64,000 bases of DNA from positions 6,969-70,968 of the forward strand of contig JAMCPG010000023.1 of NCBI GenBank assembly GCA_023379845.1. Reading direction: 5' to 3'. Origin of the DNA: Thermoplasmatota archaeon (GTDB lineage: Archaea; Thermoplasmatota; Thermoplasmata; Thermoplasmatales; Thermoplasmataceae). Below, piece after piece: positions 9,803 through 19,655 of this stretch. Every line of letters starts with the position of its first letter. The stretch's first letter is position 1. A model generated the notes under the pieces. It searched no databases. It saw only the letters and a list, made by a program, of their open reading frames with translations, and was not told where the DNA came from. The position numbers were made by a program, and so were the translations under genes.

Positions 9803-10666
9803 TCAGAACAGCGCATCATAATCATATAGTGAGGTCTTTGATGCTTTCTCGAGATAGTTGTAATATCTTCGGAGAAACATTCTTTCAGTGCGAGTTCTCG
9901 ACCATGGGAAGCTTACCCTCGTGGATCCGCTTGCGATCCCGACCTTAAGCATCACGCTTAGAAGTGTTGAGAAATCAGCATTTATTGGGCTGTTCTCCTT
10001 GTATATGCTGAATCTCGTAGCCATACGCACTGCATCTTCAATAACGGATGATCTGTTATGCTGGCCCTTCCTGTTGAAGTTAAGGGTCAGATAATTCAGT
10101 TTTAGAAGTGGGTTCATCTCCGGAAAATAAGGATTTGGAAAATTATCGTATGGATGTGAGAAGCCGTTCTTGAGTGCAGCTTGAAGCTGCTTGTCAAAGT
10201 GCGATCCGTATGCGCATCTGAGAATTCCTGTGCTTTCTTCAATTTCCCATATGATTGAGTTGTGCAATGATGATGAAATGTATTTTATAATCTGCTCTCT
10301 CTCGCGGCTCCTGATAACGATCACCCTGTCTATTGTGTGGTTCTTTTCTGGTCCGGTGAAAACCTTAGAAAGGTGACTCTGTATGAACGTATCCACTGGA
10401 ATAGTCGACATAGGTGGAAGTATATCAATCAGAAGGAGGTTCTCGTTGCTTCCGGAGTTCAGATCTCTGGAGGCAACCAGGCTGAATGAGGTACTGTCAG
10501 CCTTTCCTATTCTGATGATCCTGTAAGGTATGCTCGATAGAATGGATTGCAGGAAAGATGCCGCAATCGAAAGGGTCTTCTGAGATTCCCGGTCAATAGC
10601 GTATTCCCTGTACAGTTCAGAAGATTTAGACTGCGTTTGAGACCACCGCCGTAACTCCCGAAACAT
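9803..10666 (-). CDS. hypothetical protein (287 aa), overlaps upstream ORF by 41 nt
   Basis: Long ORF with no motif I recognise. The ATG at 10666 is 2 codons inside the TTG given by the ORF track. Same strand as ORF 10626-11528 and rpoK, and directly downstream of them. Confidence 0.7.
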   Translation of the reverse strand: MFRELRRWSQTQSKSSELYREYAIDRESQKTLSIAASFLQSILSSIPYRIIRIGKADSTSFSLVASRDLNSGSNENLLLIDILPPMSTIPVDTFIQSHLSKVFTGPEKNHTIDRVIVIRSREREQIIKYISSSLHNSIIWEIEESTGILRCAYGSHFDKQLQAALKNGFSHPYDNFPNPYFPEMNPLLKLNYLTLNFNRKGQHNRSSVIEDAVRMATRFSIYKENSPINADFSTLLSVMLKVGIASGSTRVSFPWSRTRTERMFLRRYYNYLEKASKTSLYDYDALF

Positions 10667-11528
10667 TATCAATTACCCTTAGAACTGAGGACATTGATGC
10701 TCTTGGCATTGATACAACCGTTATGAAATCCCTGGTGAGGGTTATTCGGCAGAAAGGGCTGGAGTATGTTTTTTCGAAAATGTAGAATGCCTTTCCAACG
10801 GGGCAATCTTCCAATAAACCAGGAGTGAATTTCCTGCACGCAGTCTCATGAACAAGGTTATCGCTAATGCCCTGGTTTTTCTTTAAGGTGATTCCAGCAA
10901 GATCGGGAAGACCAGGTGTAGTACCCGAATAAGGGTATATCTGTCTCATAACACGGTCATGCAAGTCCCTGAGGTTTATTATAAGACCAGTGAGAAGGTC
11001 AAAAACGGGCGCCAGATCGGGCTTCTTCTCCATTGACAGGATTATGTTAAAATCATCCCTGAACTCAATTAAATGTGAACCGTCTGAAAGCCTGTACATA
11101 GACGGATAAATGCCATTTATTATGCCGTTTCTTATCTCATTGAGGAGATAATTCTGTCCGGTCCTGTCTGGAGCTGCCCGAAGCGAGATCGTGCCTTGGC
11201 CGGTAGACTTAAAACCACAGAGATAGTAGCCGGACTGGTTTGCGGTTGCAACGATTCCCTCCAGTTGGTCTCTGCCAAATGACAGGAACTGTACTTCGTC
11301 ATTGAAAAGTTCCTTGAATCTTTTGTATTCAAGCGTGTTGAAATTCGATATCACAACGCGATATTTATCCGCAATTGGAATTGAGCGGATATTAACGTAC
11401 TGGTCCCCAGCTATCTTTCCTGAAAAAAAGTTATCCGGTGTTCTCAGCAATGTTAACCTGATCTTGTTCCCTGGCTGGGCGGCATCAATCATCTGTTGCA
11501 GAAGATCGATAAATTCAGACTTCTCCAC
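10626..11528 (-). CDS. hypothetical protein (300 aa)
   Basis: Long ORF starting 36 nt downstream of the rpoK stop on the same strand. Four Cys residues, but no canonical Fe-S, P-loop or other motif that I recognise. Confidence 0.75.
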   Translation of the reverse strand: MEKSEFIDLLQQMIDAAQPGNKIRLTLLRTPDNFFSGKIAGDQYVNIRSIPIADKYRVVISNFNTLEYKRFKELFNDEVQFLSFGRDQLEGIVATANQSGYYLCGFKSTGQGTISLRAAPDRTGQNYLLNEIRNGIINGIYPSMYRLSDGSHLIEFRDDFNIILSMEKKPDLAPVFDLLTGLIINLRDLHDRVMRQIYPYSGTTPGLPDLAGITLKKNQGISDNLVHETACRKFTPGLLEDCPVGKAFYIFEKTYSSPFCRITLTRDFITVVSMPRASMSSVLRVIDNVSGVTAVVSNAV

Positions 11529-11564
11529 CTTTCAAAATGAAAGTAATGGATAAAAAGGTTCCAT

Positions 11565-11732
11565 TCATCTCTTTATCGTAATCGGGATGACGTTGTTATC
11601 GTATTCTAGCATCGCAATATCGACAGGATCTATCAGGTTTTTGGGCACATCGATAATAACCGGGGCACCCATGGAAATCTGTAATGCCCTTGCTCCAATG
11701 ATTCTAGCTTTTTCAAATTTAGTCAAGGGCAT
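11565..11732 (-). CDS. rpoK: DNA-directed RNA polymerase subunit K (Rpo6/RPB6 homologue)
   Basis: [29 protein letters not shown]...[15 protein letters not shown] matches the conserved RpoK core. The 55-aa size is typical. The 40-codon extension in the ORF track was rejected. AAAATATAAATAG (11767-11779, minus) lies about 40 nt upstream. Confidence 0.85.
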   Translation of the reverse strand: MPLTKFEKARIIGARALQISMGAPVIIDVPKNLIDPVDIAMLEYDNNVIPITIKR

Positions 11733-11967
11733 AGTGATCAACAAGGCATAACGAGAGTAAAAAAGCCTATTTATATTTTTCTGCAAAAAAATGGACATTT
11801 CTAGTGCTATAATCCTATATTGAAGAGTTAGTAGTTCGTTAAAGCTTTTCATTCATTTATAGTGATCCTGATGATGTTCCAATTTCCATTATCGGTTGCC
11901 CGAAACAGCTTGATCAGTAATCTATATTAGTGAATTTGGAAAGTAATATACCCCATTGCTTTACAGG

Positions 11968-13095
11968 ATGATTATGGATGGCAGAAAGCAGGGTTTTGGA
12001 ATAAATATCCTTATCTTCTGTCTTGGCCTCTTTACTATTTTTCTGGGAGCGTTGAGGGCTCCGTCCACTTATCTCTATAGTTTTCATTTTCTGGATTTTC
12101 AGTTAAATTTCTCCCAGAGAACGCTTTCTTTCCTCACAATTTTTGATGGCTTTTTCCTTATCATTGTTGGCTATCTTTTGAGGCAAAAGACCAGGGGGGC
12201 CTTGAGGACATTTGCTGTAGCTGCAACATTCTCTGCGCTGTTGAACCTGCTCGGAGGTACGCGCTATTACCATCTGACACTAACCGGGGCTGCATTCGGC
12301 CTGATTATAATCCTCCTATTGTACAGGAGAAGAAGAGAGTACGTAATCACAACGGCAGCAAGGTGGGGGTCAGAAGTTGTTGTAGCTCTTATCACCATTA
12401 TATTTACAGTATCTTATGGCGTGAGCGGTTCCCTTCTCCTTGGAGACCAGTTCAGCCCACAAATAACAAGCTTGGGAAATGCACTATACTTCACTGGAGA
12501 GACTGTCACTACGCTTGGTTTTGGGGATATTTTACCTGTGACCCTCACCGCCAAGATGTTCACCATATCCATAGCAGTCCTGGGAATAGCAATATTCTTT
12601 GGATCCATGTCTATCCTGATAGCACCGATAATTGAAAGAAGGGTCGGTGGCGTGGTCAACAGAATGGAAAAAAGGCAACTCGAATCTCTTAGCGATTACA
12701 TTCTAATACTGGGTTACTCGACGTTCATTCATGAATACCTGATAAGGAAGAAAAATGAGGGAAAGCCTATCATAATTATAGAAAAGAACGAGGCTGTTGC
12801 TTCTAAATTAAGGGCCGAAGGATTCACCGTTCTTAACCAGAACGCAGACGACGAGGGTGTTCTTGGTTCCTTTAAGCTGTCGAATGCATCTCGTGTCCTT
12901 GTGGCATCGGCTGATGACGGCTACAATCTCCTAATTGTAGCAGCCCTTGGTCAGGTTGCTCCCAAAGGCGCCTATTCAAGCAAGATAACCGTTCTTGTAT
13001 CCAATGCAAGCAACGTAAACAAATTCCGGATATTTGGGTACGTCATATTTGATCTGTCTCAGGTAATAAGTAGTAGCCTGGAGTCGCAAACATGA
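11968..13095 (+). CDS. potassium channel with C-terminal RCK/TrkA-N-like domain
   Basis: Selectivity filter TVTTLGFGD. Multiple TM helices. After the pore comes a Rossmann-like segment, YILILGYSTFIHEYL...RVLVASADD. First ATG used instead of the TTG at 11956. Confidence 0.85.
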   Translation: MIMDGRKQGFGINILIFCLGLFTIFLGALRAPSTYLYSFHFLDFQLNFSQRTLSFLTIFDGFFLIIVGYLLRQKTRGALRTFAVAATFSALLNLLGGTRYYHLTLTGAAFGLIIILLLYRRRREYVITTAARWGSEVVVALITIIFTVSYGVSGSLLLGDQFSPQITSLGNALYFTGETVTTLGFGDILPVTLTAKMFTISIAVLGIAIFFGSMSILIAPIIERRVGGVVNRMEKRQLESLSDYILILGYSTFIHEYLIRKKNEGKPIIIIEKNEAVASKLRAEGFTVLNQNADDEGVLGSFKLSNASRVLVASADDGYNLLIVAALGQVAPKGAYSSKITVLVSNASNVNKFRIFGYVIFDLSQVISSSLESQT

Positions 13096-13214
13096 TGTGG
13101 CATCTCAAAGAGTTTAAGGTTATCGCCCCGCTGGTGCTGTTATCAACCCTTGCAGAGCAACTGGATTAATTATTGCACCGTTAATATACAAGAATTTTTG
13201 AAATCAATGGAGGC

Positions 13215-15329
13215 CTACCTGACTCTTGCTCCAGCGCCCACTGGTGATTCCGGGCGGACAGGCTCATTTCCGGCTAAAAGAATTCCTTCCGTGCTGCCGA
13301 GCGTAGCGCTTACTTCACCCTTCTCCGTTACCAAGAGTTTATAAGATGCAAGTTCGTCGATCGTCACGACTTTGGTGCCATTGAAAGTGTATGGACCAAT
13401 CTTGATCTTCGTTCCGGGCTGAACTGAATCGCTAACTGTAAGAAAGTGCGTGGATGTGCCGTCGTCTGCGGCAAGCAGCATTCCCTCGGATTCCATGCCA
13501 CGGAACCTGGCTTTCTTTAAGTTAGCAACCACTATGATCTTTTTTCCAAGTATCTGGTCGATCGAATAGTATTTCCTAAGACCGGCGGCAAGCTGTATTT
13601 TCCTGTCCCCGAGTGAGACCTGCAGAATATATAGTTTGTCTGCGTCAGGATGGTTCTCCACCTTTTCGATCTTTCCAACCGTGAGATCAAGGCTGTTGGG
13701 ATTCACATTTTTTATCTCAACTCTTTGGAAAGGTATCTCAGCAACGGCAGGTCTGAAAGAAACGCTCTCGTGGGACATTGTTGAATATGCCTGTTCAATC
13801 GTTCCTTCAAAACCCATAATCCTCAGACATCTGAGAGACGCTTCTGGTGTGTATGGATAGATCATTACCGTCAGGATCTGAAGCAGTTTCAGGGAGGTGT
13901 AAAGCTTTCCGGCGCATGCGCTTATGTCTGTCTTGACCAGCTTCCAGGGTTCAGATCTGTTAACATAAGCGTTTGCTTCCTGGACCAGGTCAAGCCAGAT
14001 CTTGAGAGCCTTCTTGATCTCCACATTTTTAATCATGGCTGAATATTCACCGTATGACTGGAAATAGCGGGAAATGATATCTTGATCCGATGGATCCATC
14101 TTCCTGGTCAAAAGATCTATCTTGTTGGATACCACAAAGCTAACAACCCTGTGCAACAGGTTTCCATATTTGGATATGAATTCGCTGTTGACCTTCTCCT
14201 GCATTTCGTCTATATCAAAGTTTGAGTCGCCGTTTTCAGGAAGTATTGTTGCAATGTAATATCTGAGGTAGTTGCTATCGACTGCGGAAAGCATGCTTTC
14301 GACGGTAAAGCCGATGCCCCTGCTTTTTGAGAACTTCTCTCCGTTGAATTCCAGGTATTCGTTTGCCGGAACGTCATATGGAAGATTCAGATCTCCCAGC
14401 CCCATGACAATTGCGGGCCAGATAATCGTGTGAAATGTGATGTTGTCCTTCCCTAGGAAATAGTAGCTCCTGGTTTCGGGTTTTTCCCAGTATCTTTTCC
14501 AAAGATCCGGGTCTCCTCGTTTTACAGAGAGTTCCTTTGCAAACGAAAGATATCCCATCAAGGCTTCAATCCAGACATATATGACCTTTCCCTCATAACC
14601 CTCCACCGGCACAGGTATGCCCCAGTTCATGTCTCTCGTAGCAGGCCTTGGCTTAAGTCCCCCAGAGATCAGGCCCTTTGTAAATTCCAGGACATGGGGT
14701 TTCCAGTTCGTCTTTGAATTGATCCAGGATTCCAGCCTGTCCTGGAATTTATCCAGGCGGAAGAAAAGGTGTTTTGTTTCTCTGAATTCCGGTGTGTCTC
14801 CCGATATGATGCATCTTGGATCCTTAAGGTCCTGGGGATCCAGTATCCTGCCGCATACATCACATTGGTCTCCCCTTGCATTCGTGTTTCCGCAATATGG
14901 ACAGGTGCCCTCCACATACCTGTCCGGCAGAAACCTGCCACATGTTGGGCAGTATGGTGAGATCATAGTGTTCTCGGAAAGGAAACCGTTATTGTAAAGT
15001 CTAAGAAACAGATCAGATGCAGATTTCCTGTGTACCGGCGATGTTGTGCGTGAGAATATATCGAATGTTATCTGCATCTTCCCAAATGTTTTCTCATGCT
15101 CCGAATGGTACCTGTCAGCAATTTCAGCAGGGCTTACATGCTCCTTGTCAGCCTGTATTGTGATGGGCGTGCCATATTCGTCATTACCACAGACGAACAG
15201 CACGTCCTCACCCATAAGACGGAGAGCCCTGACAAAGATGTCAGCCCCAAGATAACTGCCCGCTATGTGACCTAGATGAAGCGATGAGTTCGCATAGGGC
15301 AGCGCACAGTTTACAAGTATACGTTGCAT
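13215..15329 (-). CDS. metG: methionine--tRNA ligase with C-terminal Trbp111/EMAPII-like tRNA-binding domain
   Basis: HIGH motif (SLHLGHIAG), KMSKS motif (KFSKSRG), and Zn knuckles CPTCGRF/CPYCGN/CDVCGR. The C-terminal segment is GKIEKVENHPDADKLYILQVSLG. Confidence 0.97.
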   Translation of the reverse strand: MQRILVNCALPYANSSLHLGHIAGSYLGADIFVRALRLMGEDVLFVCGNDEYGTPITIQADKEHVSPAEIADRYHSEHEKTFGKMQITFDIFSRTTSPVHRKSASDLFLRLYNNGFLSENTMISPYCPTCGRFLPDRYVEGTCPYCGNTNARGDQCDVCGRILDPQDLKDPRCIISGDTPEFRETKHLFFRLDKFQDRLESWINSKTNWKPHVLEFTKGLISGGLKPRPATRDMNWGIPVPVEGYEGKVIYVWIEALMGYLSFAKELSVKRGDPDLWKRYWEKPETRSYYFLGKDNITFHTIIWPAIVMGLGDLNLPYDVPANEYLEFNGEKFSKSRGIGFTVESMLSAVDSNYLRYYIATILPENGDSNFDIDEMQEKVNSEFISKYGNLLHRVVSFVVSNKIDLLTRKMDPSDQDIISRYFQSYGEYSAMIKNVEIKKALKIWLDLVQEANAYVNRSEPWKLVKTDISACAGKLYTSLKLLQILTVMIYPYTPEASLRCLRIMGFEGTIEQAYSTMSHESVSFRPAVAEIPFQRVEIKNVNPNSLDLTVGKIEKVENHPDADKLYILQVSLGDRKIQLAAGLRKYYSIDQILGKKIIVVANLKKARFRGMESEGMLLAADDGTSTHFLTVSDSVQPGTKIKIGPYTFNGTKVVTIDELASYKLLVTEKGEVSATLGSTEGILLAGNEPVRPESPVGAGARVR

Positions 15330-15383
15330 GTGTTTTTACCTGATGCAATACATGTTTATTACATAATCACATAAGCGAAAATT

Positions 15384-15959
15384 CTAGCGAGTGGTCTCAA
15401 CCAGGCTATCGAGCAGTTCACCTGCCTCGGACCTCGTTAGCTCATCCAGGCTTTTTTTTCTCCGCCTTGCGAGATATCCTTCAATAACAGTCCGGTTGTT
15501 CTCGCTGGCATAGAGTTTCTCAAGGAACTTGACCTGTTTTTCTGTAGCTGGACTTTTACCCCTCTCTTCGTTCGATCCGGCTTTCGTGGATATAAGCGCA
15601 TCTATAACTGAGGAAGCCTCTGGAACGGTCAACTCGTTGATGTTATCTTTCTTAAGTTTCAAAAGCATTTGCTTGAGCTTCTCGATTCTTTCATTACCGT
15701 CCTGCAGCCGCTTCAGGAGGGCGATTTGCTTTGCGGTCACAGGCGGAGGGTTTGAATGTTCAGGGTTGTCCTGGAGTTTTTTCAACGATTCAATCAGCCT
15801 GCTGGCCTCCTGCATAGTAAGGTCCGAAACGGAATGCTTGAAGTTCTTCTCCAGAAACTTTTCAATAATTTCTGTATTTCTATCGTTCTGCTGGCTTAGC
15901 TTTTCTATAAGCTTTCCTTGGCCGTCTGTTATTTTGCTCGCCAAATTATTCGATCTCAT
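15384..15959 (-). CDS. hypothetical protein built from three ~64-aa repeats
   Basis: Three collinear repeats: T-x-x-Q-x3-[IL]-x-[KR]-L ... [DE]-L-T-x-x-E-A-[SG]-x-[LV]-[IL]-[ED]-[SA]-L. The ORF track starts at a TTG at 16025. The ATG at 15959 (MRSNNLAS...) is an equally plausible start. Confidence 0.7.
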   Translation of the reverse strand: MRSNNLASKITDGQGKLIEKLSQQNDRNTEIIEKFLEKNFKHSVSDLTMQEASRLIESLKKLQDNPEHSNPPPVTAKQIALLKRLQDGNERIEKLKQMLLKLKKDNINELTVPEASSVIDALISTKAGSNEERGKSPATEKQVKFLEKLYASENNRTVIEGYLARRRKKSLDELTRSEAGELLDSLVETTR

Positions 15960-16114
15960 ATCCCAAAATATAGAAAAGTTTTTTCCCTGCCTATGAGAGG
16001 GTTGAGACTTCTTTACTCGTTTCAATTTTCTATTTTTAAAGATAGTATATAGAGATATATAGAATATTGTATGAATATTAATATTTACAACGTAAATGTT
16101 GGCTTGACAAAAAA

Positions 16115-17560
16115 ATGGTTCAAGAAAGAGAAAATGGTTTATTAAAGGAACTAGATGAAACCAAGGTCAACCGGTTTCATGGTAAAGCCATATTTGTTGC
16201 GGGCATGGGGTTCTTTTCTGATGCCTATGACTTGTTTGTGATATCGACTGCCCTGCCAATTATTACTTCAGCGGCTGTTTTTGGCAGTCAGATCACCAGC
16301 ACGTTTGTATCGGGTATGATAGGAGCAGCAGCTCTGTTTGGCGCATTCCTTGGAGCAATGGTATTTGGGAGAATAGCGGACAAGAAGGGACGAAAGTTCA
16401 CTTATGGAGTTGAGATGAGCATACTTGTTGTCTTTGCAATAATATCAGCGTTTTCGGTAAACGTAACTATGCTGATTATATCCAGGTTCATACTTGGTAT
16501 AGGTATCGGCGGCGACTACCCGATAAGTGCAACTATAATGAGTGAATACTCAAATGTCAAGAGCCGCGGAAAACTTGTTCTCTCTGTGTTTGCAATGCAG
16601 GGATTCGGTTTACTTGCCGGCGCGGTAGTTGGGTTAGTTGCAACTGCATATCTACCACTAACAGAGTCGTGGAGGTTCATGCTGGCATTTGGTGCTATTC
16701 CAGCTGCATCTGTGATATACCTGAGGAGAAAAATACTGGAGACGCCAAGATACTCGATTGAGAAGGGCAATACTGGCCTTGCAAAAGAGGCTGTTGAACA
16801 GGCAACCAGTCACGGAAGGACACAGGTAGTTCCTTCTACCCCAAAAGCGCCAAACGTATCAAGCAGATTAAACAGGGCCCTTGCGAACAAGTACTGGCTT
16901 TTCTTGATTGGAACCGCTGGTTCATGGTTTATATTCGATATGGCATTCTATGGTACTTCTGTTAACAGTGGAGCTGTTCTGGGACTCATAGGTTTTGGTA
17001 CCGTCAAGGGAAATGTCGCCCTTTCAGTGTTTCACATTGCAGAAGGGAACACGATCCTGGCTCTGGCGTTTGAGGTGCCAGGCTACTGGATAGCTGTAGG
17101 CTTGATTGACAAGGCTGGGAGGAAGCTTCTTCAGTGGGCAGGCTTCTCGGGTATGGCGATAATATACTTCATATTTGCATTGAGATTCACAACAATAGAG
17201 AGCGATTTGGCCCTTTTTGTAGCGATGTACGGTATTTCATTCCTTGTTGGAAACATAGGGCCTAACTCAACCACTTTCCTTCTTCCCACAGAGCTTTTCC
17301 CAACAAATATTAGAACAACTTCACATGGAATTTCAGCTGGGGCGGGCAAGCTTGGTGCCGGAATATTTTCTTTCCTGGTATTGACCATAATAAGCGACTA
17401 TGGTTTCCCGGTACTCTTTGATCTACTTGCATTCCTAGCATTTGCTGGTGTCCTGCTCACCATACTGGCGATCAAGGAAACAAAGAACATGAGCTTGGAA
17501 CAAACCTCATCTCTAGACCCAGTCATGTCTAGTCCAATGTCTGGAGGAAGTGGAAAATAA
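16115..17560 (+). CDS. MFS transporter, phosphate:H+ symporter (PHS)-like
   Basis: 481 aa, 12 predicted TM segments. MFS loop motif GRIADKKGRKF. A long central hydrophilic loop. Overall resemblance to Pho84/PHS-type transporters, from memory. Confidence 0.75.
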   Translation: MVQERENGLLKELDETKVNRFHGKAIFVAGMGFFSDAYDLFVISTALPIITSAAVFGSQITSTFVSGMIGAAALFGAFLGAMVFGRIADKKGRKFTYGVEMSILVVFAIISAFSVNVTMLIISRFILGIGIGGDYPISATIMSEYSNVKSRGKLVLSVFAMQGFGLLAGAVVGLVATAYLPLTESWRFMLAFGAIPAASVIYLRRKILETPRYSIEKGNTGLAKEAVEQATSHGRTQVVPSTPKAPNVSSRLNRALANKYWLFLIGTAGSWFIFDMAFYGTSVNSGAVLGLIGFGTVKGNVALSVFHIAEGNTILALAFEVPGYWIAVGLIDKAGRKLLQWAGFSGMAIIYFIFALRFTTIESDLALFVAMYGISFLVGNIGPNSTTFLLPTELFPTNIRTTSHGISAGAGKLGAGIFSFLVLTIISDYGFPVLFDLLAFLAFAGVLLTILAIKETKNMSLEQTSSLDPVMSSPMSGGSGK

Positions 17561-17595
17561 GACCAGATTGTTTTCCTTACAAATATAATAAATCT

Positions 17596-18645
17596 TTATT
17601 TTTGATCAATTTTCAGGAACTCATCAAGGAGGTTTTCGATATCTTCTTTTTTTATTGAGCCCATGAGGCCAATCCTGATTGTTTTTTCCTTAAATTTACC
17701 TAGCCCATTTCCTACAATAAATCCCCTGTTCCTCAAGCTGCTGGATACAACCGTGGATTTATTTCGTGTTAAAACGTTCAAGACTGATTTGGACCTGGTG
17801 TCCCTGTTTCCGGTGATCGAATAGCCTTCTCGAAGAAGCCTTTTCACCAGCATGTCAGCAAACCCAGATGTCCGGTCTATTCTTGCCTTAATGCCTTCTT
17901 TAGCTAACTCATCCAGGGCCTCGGACAGTCCAGAAAACGCACCTGTTGACGGCGTAAAAGGTGTTTCGTTCCTCTCCATGAAGTGCAGAGACTTTTCAAG
18001 GTCAAGATAAGCTGGAGTGTCTTCCTTTGTGAGTGAAGATTCAAGGCTATCTCCAAGCATGTTTACACCTATCCCAGTTACCGAAGCTATACCTTTGTGT
18101 CCGCACGTCGCTACCGCATCGATTCCCCAAGTATCAAGTTCTAATGAGAGAGCAGCAAAGCCAGACACGGAATCCACGAGCACTTTCATGCCGCTCTTCT
18201 TTGCAGTACCTGCCAATTCCTTGAGGTTGGCAACCTGTGTTCCGTTTCCAGTTTCGTTGTGCACCAGAAAAATTGTGGTTGCTCCAGAGTTTGAAGCAAG
18301 TTCGCTGATTTCTTCCGGTCGGATGATGTCGTTCTCCTCCTTTGCTATGCGGTACACGATGCATCCTCTCCGTTCAAGGGACTCAATCATTCTGTCCCCA
18401 AATTCACCATAAGTAGCGGCAATAACTTTCTCTTTTCGCGAGAGAATAGACCATATGAGCATCTCTACAGCGAGAGTTCCGGAACCTGTCGTAAGCGAAA
18501 CGCGTTTTGAGCCTGAGATGTTCCGTAAAACCTCGAGTGAGGATTGCATGATATCCCTGAACTCCTGGGACCTGTGATTCATGTGTTTCATGGAGGCTTG
18601 TAATACGCTGGATGATACCTCGACCGGGCCTGGTGTGAATATCAT
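17596..18645 (-). CDS. class V PLP-dependent aminotransferase (serine-pyruvate / phosphoserine aminotransferase type)
   Basis: 349 aa. PLP-lysine context ATCGHKGIASVTG. The start overlaps the serA stop (ATGA at 18642-18645), which suggests coupling to serine biosynthesis. Confidence 0.85.
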   Translation of the reverse strand: MIFTPGPVEVSSSVLQASMKHMNHRSQEFRDIMQSSLEVLRNISGSKRVSLTTGSGTLAVEMLIWSILSRKEKVIAATYGEFGDRMIESLERRGCIVYRIAKEENDIIRPEEISELASNSGATTIFLVHNETGNGTQVANLKELAGTAKKSGMKVLVDSVSGFAALSLELDTWGIDAVATCGHKGIASVTGIGVNMLGDSLESSLTKEDTPAYLDLEKSLHFMERNETPFTPSTGAFSGLSEALDELAKEGIKARIDRTSGFADMLVKRLLREGYSITGNRDTRSKSVLNVLTRNKSTVVSSSLRNRGFIVGNGLGKFKEKTIRIGLMGSIKKEDIENLLDEFLKIDQK

Positions 18646-19577
18646 CTGACGCCTCCAAACATTTCAATTATTCTCGCAGCTGTTGCTTCCGCTATTCTTG
18701 CCTGTGCCTCCCTGGTCTGAGCCCCAATGTGTGGTGTTATGATAACCTGTGGGAGTGACAGTAATTCATGCTCCCACTCTGTCTTTGGCGGTTCATTCCA
18801 CATAACATCTGAGGCGTAAAACGATGTGGTTCCTGTCTTAAGAGCTTCTAAAAGAGATGGTCCGTCTATAGCTGCTGCCCTGCTGGTGTTTATGATCCCT
18901 GGTTTTTTTCTGGAGAGCGAAAATTCCCTTTTTCCAAGTATCGGTTTGTCCCCAGGTTTAATGGTTACGAAGACACCTATAAAGTCAGAATTCTGAACGA
19001 GATCATCCAGAGCTACATATTGGCCTGATACTTTGTTGATCCTGTCGTTTGTTATGACGTCATAAGCAAGTATGCTCATGTCGAATGCTCTGGCTATTTC
19101 TGCAACCTTGTATCCTATTCTTCCAAAACCTATCAGCCCAAACGTCTTCCCTGATATCTCTGTACCGACCTCTTTGCTGAAGTTGCCAAGCTTTGTGGCA
19201 GCTGCAAGCTCCGGCAACCTGCGGCATGATCCTAGCATTAGCGCAAACGTTAGTTCTGCGACAGAGCTCGTTGAAGCTTCTGGCGCATGTATAATGCTTA
19301 TCTTTCTGTCCTGCAGAGAGTTAAGGTCTATACCATCAAGGCCAACCCCGGCACGCGCAACAAATTTCAGTTCTTTACCCCTATCAATCAGGTCCTTAGT
19401 AACCTTTGTTCTGCTACGAACGACAATACCGTTATACTGGTTAATTATGTTCAGTAGGTCTTCTTCGCTTATCTTAGGATAGTAATCAACACTGAAATCT
19501 TTCTCTCTCAACTTTTCCAGAAGTATTGCATCAACAGGGTCTGTTATTATAATCTTAAATTTTTTTTCGTTATTCAT
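18642..19577 (-). CDS. serA: D-3-phosphoglycerate dehydrogenase (short form without ACT domain)
   Basis: D-2-hydroxyacid dehydrogenase family. NAD-binding motif GLIGFGRIGYKVA. Catalytic-His region ITPHIGAQT. Confidence 0.85.
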   Translation of the reverse strand: MNNEKKFKIIITDPVDAILLEKLREKDFSVDYYPKISEEDLLNIINQYNGIVVRSRTKVTKDLIDRGKELKFVARAGVGLDGIDLNSLQDRKISIIHAPEASTSSVAELTFALMLGSCRRLPELAAATKLGNFSKEVGTEISGKTFGLIGFGRIGYKVAEIARAFDMSILAYDVITNDRINKVSGQYVALDDLVQNSDFIGVFVTIKPGDKPILGKREFSLSRKKPGIINTSRAAAIDGPSLLEALKTGTTSFYASDVMWNEPPKTEWEHELLSLPQVIITPHIGAQTREAQARIAEATAARIIEMFGGVR

Positions 19578-19600
19578 CTATGTCTAGGTATAGTATACGA

Positions 19601-19608
19601 TATAAAAA
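19601..19608 (-). promoter_or_regulatory. TATA-like box for serA
   Basis: Minus strand reads TTTTTATA, centred about 27 nt upstream of the ATG at 19577. Confidence 0.45.
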
Positions 19609-19655
19609 GACTGCAAATGATAAGTTGACAAATTGATAGGGAGAGGGGTGATTTC

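Noticed and set aside
15529-15996. 155-aa plus-strand ORF antisense to the three-repeat protein gene
   Set aside because: Low-complexity Ser/Phe/Leu-rich mirror image of a Lys/Glu-rich coding strand. The minus-strand ORF has clear repeat structure.
16026-16114. Very AT-rich spacer with ATATAGAGATATATAGA repeats, considered as a replication-origin-like element
   Set aside because: Short, with no ORB-like inverted repeats and no cdc6/orc1 nearby. Best explained as two divergent promoters.
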